Below are positions 60,801 through 64,000 of a stretch of 64,000 bases of DNA, one piece after another (position 1 is the stretch's first letter; every line of letters begins with the position of its first letter). Location of the stretch: contig OZ024741.1 of assembly GCA_964016885.1 (NCBI GenBank), forward strand, positions 205,530,001-205,594,000, read 5' to 3'. Made by a program: the position numbers and the translations under genes. The notes beneath the pieces were generated by a model. That model did not search any database and had not been told where the DNA came from. It saw nothing but the letters and a program-made list of their open reading frames with translations. The stretch is from Eledone cirrhosa. Its lineage: Eukaryota.

Positions 60801-63800
60801 GTGAGGTGGTGTGTGTTGGTGTGTGGTGTGTTGTGTGTAGTGTAGTGTGTGGTGTGTGATGTGGTGGTGTGTGTGTGTGTGGTGTGTGGTGTGTGTGATG
60901 TGGTGTGGTGTGTGTAGTGTGGTGTGTGTTGTCTGTGTGGTGTGTGTGTGTGGTGTATCATGTGTGTGTGTGTGTGTGTAATGTGTGTGTGGTGTGTGTG
61001 TGTGTGTGTGGTGTGGTGTGTGGTGTGGTATGTGTGTGTGGCGTGTGTGTGTGGTGTATGATGTGGTGTGTTTGTGGTGTGTATGTGTGGTGTGGTGTGC
61101 GGTGTGGTGTGTGGTGTGTGGTGTGGTATGTGTGGTGTGTGGTGTGGTGTGTGTGTTGTGTGTGTGTGGTGTCTGATGTGGTCTGTGTGTGGTGTGTGTG
61201 TATGGTGTGTGTGTGTGGTGTGTGTGTGTGATGTGTGTGTGTGTGGTGTGGTCTGGTTAGGTGTGTGTGATGTGGTCTGGTTAGGTGTGTGTGATGTGGT
61301 GTGTGCGATATGGTGTGGTGTGTGGTGTAGTGTGGTTTGTGGTGTGTTGTGTGTGGTGTGTGTGTGTGGTGTGTGTGGTGTGTGGTGTGTGTGTGTGGTG
61401 TGATGTGTGGTGTGTGTGTGTGATGTTGTGTGTGTGTGGTGTAGTGTGTGGTGTGTGTTGTGTGTGTGGTGTGTGTGGTGTGTGGTGTGTGTGTGTGGTG
61501 TGTGTGTGTCGTGTGGTGTTTGGTGTGGTGTGTGTGATGTGGTGTGGTGTGTGTGGTTTGTGTGTGTGGTGTGGTCTGTGGGGTGTGTGAGTGTGGTCTG
61601 TGTGATGTGGTGCGTGTGTGTGGTGTGTGTGGTGTGTGTGTGTGTGGTGTGCTGTATGGTGTGTGGTGTGTGTATGTGGTGTGTGATGTGGTGTGTGTGA
61701 TGTGGTGTGTGATGGGGTGTGTGTGTGGTGTGTGGTGTGTGTGTGTTGTGATGTGTGGAGTGTTGTGTGGTGTGTGTGTAGTGTGTGGTGGTGTGTGGTG
61801 TGGTGTGTGTGTTGTGGTGTGTGTGTGTGTTGTGGTGTGTGGTGTGTGGCTTGGTGTTGTGTGTGGTGTGGTGTGTGTGATGTGGTGTGGTGTGTGGTGT
61901 GATGTGATGTGGTGTGGTGTGTGGTGTGATTTGTGTGGTGTGGTGTGGTGTGGTGTGGTGTGTGATGTGTGGTTTTGTGGTGTGTGTGTGGTGTGGTGTG
62001 TGTGGTGTGTGTGATGTGGTGTGATGTGTGGTGTGTGATGTGGTGTGTGTGACGTGGTGTGTGGTGTGTGCGGTGTGTCGTGTGGGTGGTATGTGGTTTG
62101 GTGTGTTGTGGTGTGTGTGGTGTGTGTTGTGATGTGGTGTGTGGTGTGTGGTGTGTGTGTGTGCTGTGTGGTGTGGTGCGTGGTGTGGTGTGTGTGATGT
62201 GGTGTGGTGTGTGGTAGATGTGGTGTGTGGTGTGTGATGTGTGGTGTGTGGTGTGTGGTGTGATGTGTGTGGTGTGGCGTGTGTGATGTGGTGTGTGTGT
62301 GTGGTGTGTGGTGAGTGATGGGGTGTGTGGTGTGGTGTGTGTGGTGTGTGATGTGGTGTGTGTGATGTGGTGTGGTGTGTGGTGTGATGTGATGTGTGGT
62401 ATGGTGTGTGCGATGTGGTGTGTGCATGTGGTGTGTGGTGTGGTGTGTGATGTGGTGTGGTGTGTGGTGTGGTGTGGTGTGTGTTGTGGTGTGTGGTGTG
62501 TGTGATGTGGTGTGGTGTGTGGTGTGATGTGGTGTGTGTGATGTGGTGTGGTATGTGTGGTGTGTGTATGTTGTGTGTGTGTTGTGGTGTGTGTGTGTGT
62601 GCTTTATGTGTGTGGTGTGTGGTGTGTGTATGTGGTGTGTGTGATATGGTGTGTGTGTGTGTGGTGTGTGTGTGTGTTGTGGTGTGTGGTATATGTGTGT
62701 GTGGTATGTGTATATGGTGTGTGTGTGTGTAGTGTGTGTGATGTGGTGTGTGTCGTGTGTGTGGTGTGTGTGATGTGGTGTGGTGTGTGCGGTGTGGTGT
62801 GTGTGTTGTGGTGTGTGTGGTGTGGTGTGTGGTGTGTGGCCTGGTGTGCTGTGTGGTGTGGTTTGGTGTGTGTGTGTGGTGTGTGGTGTGTGGTGTGGTG
62901 TGTGTGTGTGTGATGTGGTGTGTGATGTGATGAGGTGTGTGGTGTGGTGTGTGTGTGTGGTGTGTGGTGTGGTGTGTGTGTGTGGTGTGATGTGGTGAGG
63001 TGTGTGGTGTGGTGTGTGTGTGGTGTGTGATGTGGTGTGTGTGATGTGGTGTGGTGTGTGGTGTGGTGTGGTGTGTGGTGTGTGATGTGATGGTGTGAGT
63101 GCTGTGGTGTGTGTGGTGAGTGTGATGTGGTGTGATGTTGGTGGTTATGTGGTGTGTGTGACGTGTGTATTTGTGGTGTGTGCGGTGTGTCGTGTTGTGT
63201 GGTGTTTGGTGTGGTGCGGTGCATGGTGTGGTGTGTGTGATGTGGTGTGTGCGGTGTGGTGTGGTGTGTGGTGTGTGTGATGTGGTGTGTGTGTCTGGTG
63301 TGTTGTGTGTAGTGTGGTGTGAGGTGTGGTGTGTGGTATGGTGTGTGATGTGGTGTGGTGTGTGGTGTGTGGTGTGTGGTGTGGTTTTTGGTGTGGTGTG
63401 TGTGTGTAGTGTGGAGTGTGGTGTGGTGTGTGTGCTGTGGTGTGGTGTGGTGTGTGGTGTGTGGTGAGTGTATGTGGTGGTGTGTGTGATGTGGTGTGGT
63501 GTGTGTGATGAGGTGGGATGTGCGGTGTGTGATGTGGTGTGTGCTGTGGTGTGTGTGGTGTGTGTGTGTGTGGTGTGCGTGTGTGGTGTGTGTGTGTGGT
63601 GTGATGTATGGTGTGTCGTGTATGTGTGTGGTGTGTGATGTGGTGTGTGTGATGTGGTGTGTGTGTGTGGTGTGTGGTGTGGTGTGGTGTGTGGTGTGGT
63701 GTGTGTGTGATGTGGTGTGTGTGATGTGGTGTGGTTTGTGGTGTGGTGTGTTTGAGTAGTGTGTGGTGTGGTGGTGTGTGATGTGGTGTGGTGTGTGTGG

Positions 63801-64000
63801 TGTGTGTAATATGGTGTGATGTGTGGTGTGTGATGTGGTGCGTGTGGTGTGTGTGTGTGTGGCGTGTGTGTGTGGCGCGTGTGTGTGGTGTGTGTGTGTG
63901 GTGTGGTTTGGTGTGAGGTGTGGTCTGTGGTATGGTGTGTGATGTGGTGTGGTGTGTGGTGTGTGGTGTGTGGTGTGGTGTTTGGTGTGGAGTTTGTGTG
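48849..64000. repeat. Irregular GT-rich satellite (GTGTG/GGTGT/GATGT units) with higher-order duplications
   Basis: More than 15 kb of almost only G/T on +; diagnostic variants recur at 134, 1359 and ~1875 bp offsets; runs off the window end. Confidence 0.95.

Noticed and set aside
61250-61290. TTAGG motifs as telomeric repeats
   Set aside because: Only two isolated occurrences within the GT satellite.

Overview
Eukaryotic (animal) repeat-saturated, gene-free DNA; the SINE families and microsatellite load suggest a cephalopod such as Octopus (inference). No host protein-coding gene is supportable. Bases 1-48.8 kb are a nest of retroelements in microsatellites: several decayed Tx1/L1-type APE LINEs, two R4/Dong-like restriction-like-endonuclease (RLE) LINE fragments, three Penelope-like elements (PLEs; RT + GIY-YIG), tRNA-derived SINEs, a MITE pair and many small (TA)n-flanked fold-back elements. 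The main signal missed by the ORF track is RNA-level. About a dozen sequence-distinct type I hammerhead ribozyme motifs (CUGAnGA...GAAA...UH closed by a pairing stem I) lie between 15.6 and 47.4 kb. They include a 310-bp tandem/inverted retrozyme-like array and a family with a covarying, extended, cUUCGg-capped stem II. Bases 48.85-64 kb are a strand-asymmetric irregular (GT/GGT) satellite with higher-order duplications. All folds and alignments were made by eye and need computational confirmation.
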